In this document: positions 26,001-37,272 of the stretch, one piece after another
How positions within the stretch are numbered: position 1 is the first letter of the stretch
Layout: every line of letters starts with the position of its first letter
Assembly: GCA_051294905.1 (NCBI GenBank)
Contig: CM119372.1
Span: forward strand, 14,634,001-14,698,000
Length of the DNA stretch: 64,000 bases
Direction of reading: 5' to 3'
From: Botryllus schlosseri
Taxonomy: Eukaryota
Made by a program: the position numbers and the translations under genes
Notes under the pieces: model-generated
Told to the model about the DNA's origin: nothing
The model's database searches: none
What the model saw: the letters and a program-made list of their open reading frames with translations, nothing else

Positions 26001-29000
26001 CGCGCAGAAAAGGAATCTAAAGGTAAGCACAGAAAATACTGCATAGTGCATAGTATCCAGCATAGTTTGTATATCATATCAAGCACAGTATTAGTGTGCT
26101 TACATTTACACCTCGTTTCTGCGGCATCATTTGGGACTTTGAAAACACTTACAAGTGAATTCAATTTGCTGCAAACATCTGATAAGTGCCAGGCCTAACC
26201 GTCTGATTCAGCCGATCCCTAGAGCATTCACAACTTCAACTATGTACTACAACCTGAGCCCAATAAGATCACACAAATTATAGTGTCGTTGTTAAGCTTT
26301 ATATTTGTATTCAATAATGATATCCGTTCTGAAACTAGGAATCCATTGCCACTTGCATAAGCACCTATGCTTTCCCTCGTTGAAAACAAGGCATATAGGC
26401 TACGGCGGTTTCCTTCACAGTAAAGCGGTCATGCTTTAGACGTTTTTGTGAAGCAGCTGTGGTTTGTTCATCATGTATTTGGTTTGTTCATCATGTATTT
26501 CGTACTTCAACATACCCTGAATCAATCCTAAATCATAATCTGTCAACCTACATACAATGCGCTTTCAGAATCGCCGCCGGTAGCAGACTCCTTGATCACC
26601 TAATCAGCAAGCTGCTGCTGTCGTGGTCATTGAAGCATAGCAGATTAGCCAATCAAGAGCCGTGGTTTCGTGATTACTAGTCTTCTCGCCGTTCTATGGT
26701 CGGTGGCACGCCCATTCTTCAGCAGCTACTTTCAAACGCTTTGCACGAAATCTTAACGGCCTCCTCGTGAGCTTCTTTCAGGCCTAATGTCGTTTTATAT
26801 CAATAATCTATAGAATAAGACATTACAACGGAGGATTTGTAAGATTTTCCAAATTTTGGACAACCCTAATGAACAGCTGCTTAGCGCCACATATCACCTG
26901 ATCAGTCGGTATCTTGATCCCTGCTGCTTGGGCCGCGGCCTTCCCGACCTGACTGAAGATTTGGACGACCCTGCACGCAAGGTATTTGTCAGTATGTGCT
27001 GCACGAATATTGGATTGTGAATGCGCAGACACATCATTTAACTTCAAGCGTAGTAGCAAATAAGGAAAATCAGAACTTCAATTTGTTTCACAGCCAGATA
27101 TGGTCAGAGCGGTCGTCATTGGTACTCGAGTAGGAGTACGGGAGAAGCATCGATTTCCAACAGATCTCAAAACTACTTCAAAGGAAAGTGAAAAATGAAA
27201 GAATGAAAAGTGCTCAAACACGTAGTCGACTCCGTTTAATTCAAAATTAAAGTGAAAAACCAATTATTGTTTCATGGTAATGCGTAAAGCCAGACAACAT
27301 CAAAACCACTGTACAGGGACAGTCACAGAATAACTGAACTGTTGCTGTGCTGTTTTACCGTAATTGGCACTGATTGCATACGACACAGTTTTAGTTAGCT
27401 CTATTCTACAATATTTCAATACTAAACGATGCAATTACTATGTGTTACTATGTAACAAACACATATAGGGTTCAAATAGTACAGTAATTCTTCAATACCG
27501 AAGCGGTATTTTCACTTGATAAAAGTACACGGCAGTGGTAAGTAAAAGCAAGAAGCTTTAAGCTGGAAAATATGGATAATATGGAAAATATAACGACTCT
27601 AACTGAAGGTTGAATCCACAAAACACAATGCTTCGGCGAATCCCACTATACCAGTTAATTGTCAATTGTAACAGCATGAATCATCTTGCCTCACCAAAAT
27701 TGCTCGAACCTGGGTCCGAATTTTGCGGAGACGAGGAGTTTTATACATGCAATTTCTACTTTTGTTCCTTTCCCGACAATTTTGGCCGAGTAAGGCGGTT
27801 GTCGGTTTGGCTGTAACTTCGAATAGTAGATTTGGTCGAGACGTCATTTTCTTTTAGCACTCGATCGAAGGGGGCTACTTCAGAAATTGCGGGGTGCATC
27901 TTCTCGATTGCGTGACTGATGACACTACAAATTGGTGCAATTTTCAAGAATGACTCATTCCATTACAATTTAGCAAATTTTCTGATATTTGTAATGCATA
28001 CTCTCAGAATTGTCCAATATTTACAAATGTTGAATTCTGGCAGCATTAAAAAAAAATTAAATTGAAAAATTTCCAGCGGTTGAAAAGATAATGCAATTTA
28101 AAATTCTCATGTCACTAGGTGGCGCTGCATGCAAAAATCTTTAAAATCCATATTTTTTGCTGTAATGATGGTGGAGAATCAATTAAAATGTCTAATTGTA
28201 CAATTTTGAGGCCAAGGCATTGAAAAAAATCAACTTTTTCGCCCCAAACTCGAAGGAAAAAAAGTTACGGACCAAACAAAATTGGGGGGGGGGGGCGGAC
28301 TTGAAAATTCATGTAGGATTCTGTTTACACACAAAAAAATTATTGCAAAATGTATTTTGAAGCAGTATGATTGATAAAAAATTGGATTTTAAAATTAATC
28401 TCTATTCCACAAGGGAATCACAAAAAAATTTGTCTTTGCATTGAGTAATTGGTTATAATAGTAGATGTGGTGGGCAGCAGTGCAATGCCACAGTTCATTA
28501 CTCCAAGTAGTCTACGGAATGTTCATTACCCAGCTGTTTTGCTATCGGTATCATTTTTTCTCTGGCAGTCGCAAGTCTCTCCTTCAACGCTGTGCTTAGA
28601 ACCGACAAATTGCCATCGGGCTTCACAACGAGGGCGTTCTGTCTTTTAAGACATCGAAATCTGAAAACAAACCACAAAAATAACGCCCGTACCATACCTT
28701 CGACCATCCGTGGACCGCTTGCGGTTAGAGTACTCAGGTAGTTTTGCCTGCTTACACTACTTAGTAGTTTTGATTTTATGCTACTTATACATCACAGTTT
28801 GCAGTATTTTAGGCAAACTAGCTCTAGTATACATACTTTTACCAGTAATCGAGTGGAAATTCAAAGGAATATTTTACCTCTTCTCTGCCCACATCGACAA
28901 TGGATACTTTGACCGCCTCCGTGTGCACGTAGTATCAAACCCAGATATTACCTGTCTTTGATTTTCGTGTTGGTACAACCGGATGGGAACGGGAAAGATT

Positions 29001-32000
29001 TCAGTATGGTGGCCCAGTTTCCAACTCCTAACTGCAAACAGCCTTCGGCGATATACGAGTCCAGTTCAAGTCGGGTCGAATCTGCATGAATCATATTGGC
29101 CGTAAGTTGCATGACCCGAGGCAAAATTGATTGGCAATCTGATAGACGGGCACGTACCCAGCCAAGAAAAATTGACAGGTTTCATAAAAGGGAGTTTGAA
29201 CATATTCAAAAGTTACCAAGGTAGCATCATGTCATTAGGGTTGAGTACATGCATAAATGTCGATGTAGTTTGCGCATTAGATTCCGCGTGTATAGGAATA
29301 CGCATCGGGCAATTTTAGCGGGATATTCTCCACCACTCCGTCGCAAGTGAAGATAAACCCACTGTCCATTAATTAGAAAGCCACTGCATCACTACATATC
29401 CTTATGCCAAGCCCACAGAGTGTTCATGACCTTGTTGCTTCGCTCTTGGTGTCTCTTCAGCATTCACTATCATCTTCGCTCTAGCAGATTCGAGTCTTTC
29501 CTTCATCAATTTGCTCAGAACGGACAGGTTGCCATCTGCCATCACTGCGATCACGTTCTGCCTCTTAAGGCTCCGAAATCTGAAACAAATCCAACAAATA
29601 GTTAATACCTCGACCCCAACCTTTGACAGCGCACCCTCACGGCTGACATAATTTGGCGTAAAAAACAGTCGTACGTAAGGTCGCGTGCCGGGACGCCTCA
29701 TAGTTCACCAGGGTCAGTGTATGCGAGTGTGGAGTGTTAGTGCACATTGCACGGACAACAAGATCACTCCATGCATAAAATCAAAATGTGTACATCAAAT
29801 CCAAATTTAAAATTTGCTTCCTATAGTACTGCGTACCCTGGTTTAATAATGTTCGGCCTAGGATTGTTATTGTGCATGTAGCGAATAACTCTATTATGCA
29901 TGCAGCCGCCCGTATGACGGCCTTATTTTAGTCAACCAACCACATAGTCAAAATCTACCATTTTTCCCGGGTTTTACACCAGTATTCTAAGCTTGAAAAT
30001 TTTGAAAAGTGTCCTCCTTTCCCGTTTCCAAAATATGGCAACCCCAGCTAAAGTACTGTACACCAACGACACCTGTCTTTGATCTTTGTGTTTGTAAATA
30101 TGGGCGGAAACGGAAAACATCTCAGTATCGTCGCCCAGTTCCCCAATCCGAACTGCAAGCAGCCTTCGACTATGAACGAATCCAGTTCAAGCGTGAACAC
30201 ACTTTTCTGCGTGGAAACGTAAGAACGAGTGTCACTCTCCGTGGACGAGACAGCATCAAATCTGAAATCAAACAACAGGATTGGCTGCGGTAATGCAACA
30301 GTTACTGACGTCCACATACCTTTCGCCAAGCACTACTCGCTTTCTCGGTATCTTTCGAGACTTTTTTGCATCGCCTGGATGTAGAGAATGAAGTAAAAAA
30401 CCAATAAGGGTCTTCGGTACCGGTATAGTTAGAATTTCGTCACATTCTTTGTATATTTTGTCCTTGATGTTCTTGCGTCATATACACCAACTCATAATAT
30501 ACAATATACACACACACACGATCTGTGCATAAGTATACCATGAGCGCATGAACAAGGAAGGTGCATAAATAGACCTGCAAGGCTATCACCAACCCTCCAA
30601 GCTATCCCAGTAATGCTGAGAGCTAATGCCATGGATATTGGATACCAGTGTTAGTAATCAGGCCTTTGGTGTGACCCGGCTGTGGATTGAACCGACGACC
30701 TACCAATCAAAAAGCCGGACGCTCCACCATTACGCTATCTATTACTTGAAGGAGTCAGAGAAATTTTGTAACACCATATGTAGTCGGAGTTGGGTTAGCT
30801 CATACTGGCTGCAGTCATACTTTGTTGAAATGCCGTGGCTCAGGCTTAAACAACTGAAAAATCGAAACAGATGTTGTCAAATGTTACTAAAACGTCCAAT
30901 CACAGATGTTATCTAGGCTTTCATGTAGGCGGAGCTTAACACAAACTCAATTTTATTCTGGAAGCATAATTTTTTACTTAAATGTTAAAAAATAGGTTGG
31001 TTCTTTTTTGGCAATAATTCAACTAAAAACACAATAAAGGTATTGTTTTAACGAGCAGATTTATACGAATGTTTGAGTCGCAGTTCTGTGAATAAATAAT
31101 GCGAGCCGCAGTCAGTGAGCTCAAAGATAAATTAAATACGTTTTGAGTAGTGGAAAAGTGAACCGACTGCACGGCGTTGCTAGTAGCTACCTGATTTGTG
31201 AGCTTGTTTCGTCGGGCTGGACGGGATTTGAAAAAAGCCTTCGTCGTTCTCTTGGTCCTTTTCCTGCGTCGTGTCTCGGCAAAAGTCCACGATATGCTTC
31301 AAGGGTATGATCACGCCTTTTGACAAAAAATATGCAATGTGAAAAATCGGCAGTGTCTGGTATTGTGAGAGAGATTTTCACTGACAGGCAGGTCGCATTC
31401 ACTCAGAATGTGTTCACAGTTCTAATAACAGAGTACCGGCAGCTATTTTCTGAAATATGGCCTGATGTATTCAAATGGGTTCTGCAGGTTCTGCCTACTA
31501 ACATTATTTACTCTTACTGTTATGTTTTTCAGGCAAACTACTTACGACTGGGCGAAATAGCCCCCGTATCATTTCATGGTCTGTGAATAGTGAATATTTT
31601 TTTTGAAAACTGCACCAATCAGCAGTACCACCAGTCATGAAGATGCACCCTGCTATTTTGAAAGCAGCCACTTCCTCATATCGATTCCCAAAAGCATGCA
31701 GCATTACTACTTACATTGGCACTTTTCAAATCTTCATTAGTCATTTTTACATGTCTTGGAAAGCGCCAGTTCAAGTAAGTGAGTAAAAATTATGGCATTA
31801 CTTGTTCTACCTGACTACCATCAAGATCAACGACTACTTGAGAGCACCTCTAAAGATGACACAAAAATTTGTGTGATTCGAGTACATTCATTTACCAGGC
31901 AAACACGATCATCTGCCATAGAACTTCAAATTTTCTGAATGGCAATTTTGAATGTAAACGACAGTTTGAACACAATGTTGCGATGTCGAAATTGTTGTAT

Positions 32001-35000
32001 CTTGGTCAAAATCAGAACTGTCCGCGAGTGAGGTTTGAGAGATGCAAGTACCAATTCAAGGCGAAAATATAAATATTCTTACCCGAAGTGCCCTTCTTTA
32101 TCCTGTAGTTGAGACTGTGTTTCGGAAACAAGACATCCTCTGTTTTGTCATCATCTGTTAATGAAATTTATGTATTCATAACCACCAATTATTCTTACAT
32201 GAAATACTGTAGTAGTTTTACAGCGCAATACGGGATGTACGGTCATCACGTCACAACCTGTATAAAGTCATAACGAAGTCTTTGATAAGACAATAAATCC
32301 GATGTGAGGCGTTGTATTCAATAATACAAATGTATCAACAGTTCAATTTCACAAAGTGGAATTTGGTTCCACAGAAATCAAAACGTATTTCCATGTAACG
32401 TTACAGATGAAGCATCATGTGATTGCGATCTTTGTTTATCCTACAGGTGGAGGAACGATGTAAAAATTTACACGAGACTCCAGATTATGGTAATTCGAAT
32501 GGGGCTTCTTGTTTCGTATAGTAATTTAATATTCTTACCAATATCCTACTCTAAATTGGGTATATAATTATATATGCATTGAGGGGAAGTATTTCAGTAA
32601 TGTGTACTATTTAATTTTTTATAAGCAAGCTACCATAAACGAATGATTCATCACCTGCAGAATTACGTGATTTCCCACCGTCCTCTAGGTCAATGTATCC
32701 TTTTCCTAATTTCTCAAGGATAGACCTTTCCAATGATTTGTTGAGGCCTGTTGACAAAAAGACAAAATTAGACCAAACCAAGAGTCCGCCAATATGCGAT
32801 CAACTACAAACCGCGTATAAATTGAGCAACTGCCTTGTAATAAGCAAGGTAAGAATGCTCTCTCGTTCGCATAATCTTTTCTCGAAGACCTTCTTTCATG
32901 ATGCAACGTTTTATCGTATTCTCGAGCACTCCTCTATGATTGGACTGAAAATACAAGGTGTGCTTGAATGCGTTGATTGAATATGTCCATTTCAAGGTGT
33001 TAAGGGGACTAGCAAGTCAAAAAGTTGCAAAAAAATAAAAATTTTCAATATTTTTTTTTCTGGTTGAAAATATTAACATTGCATCTTTGCTGTCACCTCA
33101 TGGCCTTATTTCACCCAAACAATAACTAAAAACTGCAAAATTTCAATGTTATCGCACACGACTGCAAATAATTCCAGCTAGGTATGAGGGGTTAGCTTAC
33201 TAATTCTGGTCTGAACTTGATATTAAAACATAAAATTACCCTCACACATCGTTCAAATATGTGCTAATCGTACCTTAATGGCTTCGTTGCCACGAAGGAA
33301 TTGGTCAGCCTTGGAAAATTCACCCTTTTTCAACATCCTCAGCACATGCTGCTTTGCCGTTTGAACAAGAATCTCATGACAGCTGGTCGAGAACGATTCG
33401 TGATTTTTCACCTGCATGAATGAGCAATGTTGAATAAACCGGGAAATGGGGGCCCGGAAAAAGTTACTCACATTTTCCCGAAATGCAGCCTCAACGTGAT
33501 GCAATCGAATAAGGAACGCTTCTAAAGGCGTGACGTCGTCGGACATGAGACGTATATCAGTATCAGCATCTCCGAGAAATGCACTAAATATTTTTCAATA
33601 GAGGATTTATTCAAGCAAATTATAGCCAGGAAACCTTCATTTAAACCAGGGCTGCGGATTTACAGAAATGTTGTATGGAGTCGGAGAAAACATGTGTCAG
33701 GAGTTTGCAAAAATGCTAAGACTCTGACTCCAACTACTTTGAAATCGAAGCAAATGTTCTCAAATGCTACTAGAAAGTGCGTCGCTGTTATAGAAGTTAT
33801 TAAATTTTTACAAACTCAATTTCTTTCTGCGAGAAAAACTTTCCCATATTTCAGCAAACCGTATATGTAATGGTATTACTAAAAATGAAAATAATGTAAT
33901 TAACAAACAATTTTCTGAGAATACTGTATTTTCAAAGAGCCCGGAGTCGGAGTTCTATCAAGAAAATATTAGGTGTCGGAGCTGGAGAGGCGTGTTTAAA
34001 GTGTCAGGAGTCAGAGTCGGTATATTGAAAATGTCTAGAGTTGGCGGTGAAGTGAACGGATTCCGCAGCCCTGTTTGAGATAACTTATTAGGTGTTTACC
34101 ACTCTTACACTCAGAATTCAACACCATAGCCTTCACGGTAGAAATTAAAAATATACGGAATGCATAGGAATATGATTTCAACTGTATTCAGCAGGCTTAA
34201 AACTTGTGCACAAATTTGGGTTAGGCTTAAATTTCTATTACGACTCATTCTATCGCATCCATGCTTACTAGTGTGCCAGTGAAAACAGTAGAATTCTCTT
34301 CTTGAACGGCGACCAACCGCCGGGAGTAGTATTTTTATTCTTGATCTCCTCAAATACTTTTGTGCACATTCTGCCGAGCGGCTTGCAGGTAGCTATCACA
34401 TAAAGCATCGCCTTGATACCACTTTCTGTTCTCTCAATGTCTTCCAAATGAGAGAGAATGTCGCTCAGCATATAGTCTGTGATGATTTTAGCCTGCACCA
34501 AACATTGAACAGGAACATATATTAGCATACTCGTTGAGTACAGCACCCAATAGCTATCAATAGTATGTTATTTCCACGTTGTCATTGGCAGAGGTTTGAT
34601 TTCAAATATGCCGTCATGAAAACGGAGCATGAGGCTTTAAATTCAACTTTTGGAGCATTTATACAATAGTAATACTATAAAAAGAGGAATATGATGAATA
34701 TGTAGTGATCCATGTATAATAATACCGAAATTAAAAAAACTATATTTTATCCTACTGATATATTCATTCCACTTATTCAATGATAGTAAATACCAGAAGT
34801 GGTGAGCTATTCATTGATTGTCTCAAGTATAATTGGTGCAGTGAAATTCCAGTCGACAAAAAACAGTGCTTTGCAGCACAGTCTGTCAATGTTAATCAAC
34901 GTCTTCAAGTGATAAAGTAGAATTAATCACTGATAACCGCTTGTAAATATGTGTACCAGTAATCACAGCACTTGGAAATTGTGGGACCATTAATGAGGCG

Positions 35001-35341
35001 GTGCTGAGTGAGATCTAAGGGGACTATGGCAATGTGCATTGTAACCTCAGATACCCTCCGAGGTTATCTATGTTAGCCAGATATATCAGTGCCTACTAAA
35101 TTAAATGAAAAAAAATTTCTAGTCCATACAACACTGATTCCAGTGCACTACCTTCGATCTGCAGGGAAAAACACATAGAAAACTAGCATGCTTGAAAGTG
35201 AAAGACATGATAACCTGGATATTCCCTTTCCTGCTCGCCTCATCCATTGTATCATTCAACTCATCCCTGGAAAGATACAAAGATTGTCCAATGGAGGAAT
35301 TATAGAATAACACAAATACTAACGTACATTGCTCTCGCCAT
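19659..35341 (-). CDS. Telomeric repeat-binding factor (TRF1/TRF2-like), multi-exon: N-terminal TRFH domain plus up to four Myb/telobox domains. Connectivity between ~28530 and ~23770 is unresolved, so it could be two genes.
   Basis: GT-AG exons 35341-35328, 35266-35215, 34492-34269, 33583-33472, 33411-33274, ~32945-32814 and ~32746-32657 splice in frame. They give MARAMDEL...ATCKPLG...DADTDIRLMSDDVTPLEAF...KKGEFSKADQFL...HSYLAYYKAVAQFIRGLNKSLERSILEKLG, resembling TRFH motifs (TPLESA, KEFEKA, FSY). Myb exons lie downstream. Confidence 0.75.
21296..21869 (-). CDS. Cluster of small Ser/acidic linker exons upstream of Myb4
   Basis: GT-AG bounded segments NPDADPTDTCSSDSE, GPVMIKRRRVISNSSDIE, DPLNSDLRSTDEENSLHIITNS, ETDPSNSPILNRSMDAATQT and SKPKFHLRSRSPSTLEG..., separated by ~50-70 bp introns. 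Confidence 0.6.
23379..23770 (-). CDS. Third (divergent) two-exon Myb module (Myb3)
   Basis: KFLPIE..YLVCGAMHLGQRWHAIQEYMDFRSHITVADMEER, intron 23559-23494, WSKLCSKNAVKVVDGSIECIDKKLAENIEE; same phase-2 intron in helix 3 as Myb1/Myb2. Confidence 0.65.
25213..26868. mobile_element. Long-palindromic non-autonomous hAT-type element (1.66 kb) within the TRF-like locus
   Basis: TAGGGTTGTCC...GGACAACCCTA termini, 8-bp TSD ATGAACAG (25205-25212, 26869-26876); arms complementary to about 25970/26070. Confidence 0.9.
28530..29081 (-). CDS. Second two-exon Myb module (Myb2): exons 29081-28952 and 28660-28530
   Basis: DSTRLELDSYIAEGCLQLGVGNWATILKSFPFPSGCTNTKIKDR|FRCLKRQNALVVKPDGNLSVLSTALKERL, canonical splice sites. 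Confidence 0.85.
29431..30261 (-). CDS. First two-exon Myb module (Myb1): exons 30261-30073 and 29579-29431
   Basis: FTLELDSFIVEGCLQFGLGNWATILRCFPFPPIFTNTKIKDR|FRSLKRQNVIAVMADGNLSVLSKLMKERL; the G..FG.GNW..IL and KDR.R pattern matches TRF Myb. Confidence 0.85.
30588..30737 (-). mobile_element. tRNA-derived SINE (MetaSINE-like core)
   Basis: Minus strand reads tagcgtaatggtggagcg (A-box-like)...ggttcaatcc (B-box-like)...gtcacaccaaagg...ctcagcattactggga; related copy at 61903-62043. Confidence 0.6.
33647..34073. mobile_element. hAT-type MITE with GGAGTC repeats in a TRF intron
   Basis: CAGGGCTGCGGA...TCCGCAGCCCTG TIRs; TSD not preserved. Confidence 0.65.
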
Positions 35342-35608
35342 AGTCCTCGATATGGAATAGGCACTGTATAAATTAACTAGGCTATAACATTGGCGGAACT
35401 TCCTGCTCAAAAAAATCAATGATGAATAGTGACTTCTTCTGTTTACGAAGTGTGAAACATGCATCAGCGAATTCAAGCAAATTTTATTACGCAAAATTGT
35501 TACCAGATGAGTTTACACATGCTGACCAAACTCAAAACGAATTGCATCCTACAAACAAGACGGATATTGAACATGCAACACGAAACCCCTCAGAAAAATA
35601 ACCTATAA

Positions 35609-36583
35609 TCATGGGCTCATAAAAGTAATCTCATCCGTGTTAGGAAACCGGTCCATGGTGAGCATTCCCTGCCTTTTCATTTCCTCAAAAATTTCATCAA
35701 TAAACCCAAACCAATAAATGACAAGCCCGGGGCCGAACCTGTTCCAATAGCTCAGATATTGTCCCCGTAAATATTCATTATGAGTCTCTAAATCACCGAA
35801 CGACGCTTTGCTTTCAATCCAACAAACAGGCTGCCCATGAACCACAATAGGAACTTCTAGCTTAATATCAGGAGTTTTATCGTACCCACGCTTGCGGAGG
35901 TCATTTTCGTCCAAAAATGGTAATTTAAGACCGTTGACAAAGTCACGTAACTTCAGTTCAAACTCAAGACCCACTGAGTGGCGGATAGCATCATTAATCG
36001 GCCCGTAACATACATCATAGCTGATGCACTGAAGCACTTGTTCCCGAAGTATGCCATCAGTGATCAGGTAAGGATCTTTTAGCCAGGAAGAGATTACTTG
36101 CTTTGAAGGTACAGGGTTCAATGCGGACAATTCCAGATTTTTCGCTGATGCTCTTGTGTTTGTCAGCTGATCACAAACAGAAATTTGCGTATCGGGATCT
36201 TTGATGTTCATTGATTCATTCCCTTCAGCATCTGTTTGATCTTGCAGGAACTGTTCGATGATAATCCTTGCCATCAAGCTAGGCGGTATCTCAAATCGAT
36301 TGGAAAGATGAACTAGGACGTGTGATTGTTCGTCCGCGACAAATTTGTCGTTGACCATATCTTTATAAAGTTGATAATAATACTTTGACGATTCGCTTTT
36401 CGTTTTGCTGCTAAATGTGACACGGACCCTTTTTTGAATGTAATTCAAAAAAATGCTGAACAAGGTATCGTAGCTACCCAGCGAAATGAATTTTTCTAGC
36501 ACATCATTCAAAGCACTTCTACTACATCTACGATTTTGTCCTTCAATGTGGGTGATGATTTGTCGGTACTCCGCAAGCTTCAT
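35609..36583 (-). CDS. CDIN1: CDAN1-interacting nuclease 1 (C15orf41 homolog), intronless, 324 aa
   Basis: GYDKTPDIKLEVP...CWIESKASFGD...QYLSYWNRFGPGLVIYWFGF (TPD / PD-(D/E)xK-like domain). Confidence 0.93.
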   Translation of the reverse strand: MKLAEYRQIITHIEGQNRRCSRSALNDVLEKFISLGSYDTLFSIFLNYIQKRVRVTFSSKTKSESSKYYYQLYKDMVNDKFVADEQSHVLVHLSNRFEIPPSLMARIIIEQFLQDQTDAEGNESMNIKDPDTQISVCDQLTNTRASAKNLELSALNPVPSKQVISSWLKDPYLITDGILREQVLQCISYDVCYGPINDAIRHSVGLEFELKLRDFVNGLKLPFLDENDLRKRGYDKTPDIKLEVPIVVHGQPVCWIESKASFGDLETHNEYLRGQYLSYWNRFGPGLVIYWFGFIDEIFEEMKRQGMLTMDRFPNTDEITFMSP

Positions 36584-36653
36584 ATTAACCTATCCCTGAA
36601 TTTGAGAAGAAATTTTCAGGTTTGAGGAAGCGTGCAAAAAGTCAGATCAAAGT

Positions 36654-37037
36654 TCAAGCTATTGTTTTTGCTGGAGGCTTGGGCAAAGAAGACTGTATTT
36701 TCACTAAAGATTCTCGTATCTTCTCTTGCTTCTTTTCAAACTCCTCAATCGTGCTCTCCTGACGTTTCAGTTCGCCGGTGATGTAATCAAGTCGTTTTTG
36801 AACGTTGGCTTTAGCTTCGTCCAAATCTTGCTTCACTAGAACGGGACCCGTTAATTTATACACGACAGCATCGCCTTCCAGCACGTCCAGTTCCTTTTTA
36901 ACCAAATCGTTTTCCGTCTGTTGCGATTCGAGCTGCTGTCGCAATTTGATACACTTTGTAATAGTCTTTTGGTTCTTCTGCAAATTCAAGACGTGGCTAT
37001 TAAATTCCTCTTGCAATTTTTTATCAACTTTATCCAT
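36654..37037 (-). CDS. PFDN6: Prefoldin subunit 6 (127 aa from the ATG at 37037)
   Basis: RQQLESQQTENDLVKKELDVL...VYKLTGPVLVKQDLDEAKANVQKRLDYITGELKR. The ATG follows an acceptor-like ttttaacag, so the longer ORF-track start is likely spurious. Confidence 0.93.
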   Translation of the reverse strand: MDKVDKKLQEEFNSHVLNLQKNQKTITKCIKLRQQLESQQTENDLVKKELDVLEGDAVVYKLTGPVLVKQDLDEAKANVQKRLDYITGELKRQESTIEEFEKKQEKIRESLVKIQSSLPKPPAKTIA

Positions 37038-37272
37038 ACTGCTGTTAAAACAATGATTGACAATACTTATGCAACACAAAGAGTAAAAGTTGAATAGGCA
37101 ACATAAACGCACATAATTCGTTAAATTTAGTGCAGAATACATAATACAATTTTGACATTGGTGCTACATTACAATTAGACCCAATAAGGATAGTAAATAA
37201 CTGCATACAACTGACATTTCATGCAACAGGATATTAATGGCACAAATAATAAGCCTCAAACTGATGGTAAAC

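Noticed and set aside
37038..37142. 35-aa N-terminal extension of PFDN6 in the ORF track
   Set aside because: It lies upstream of an acceptor-like AG; the downstream ATG gives the normal PFDN6 length.
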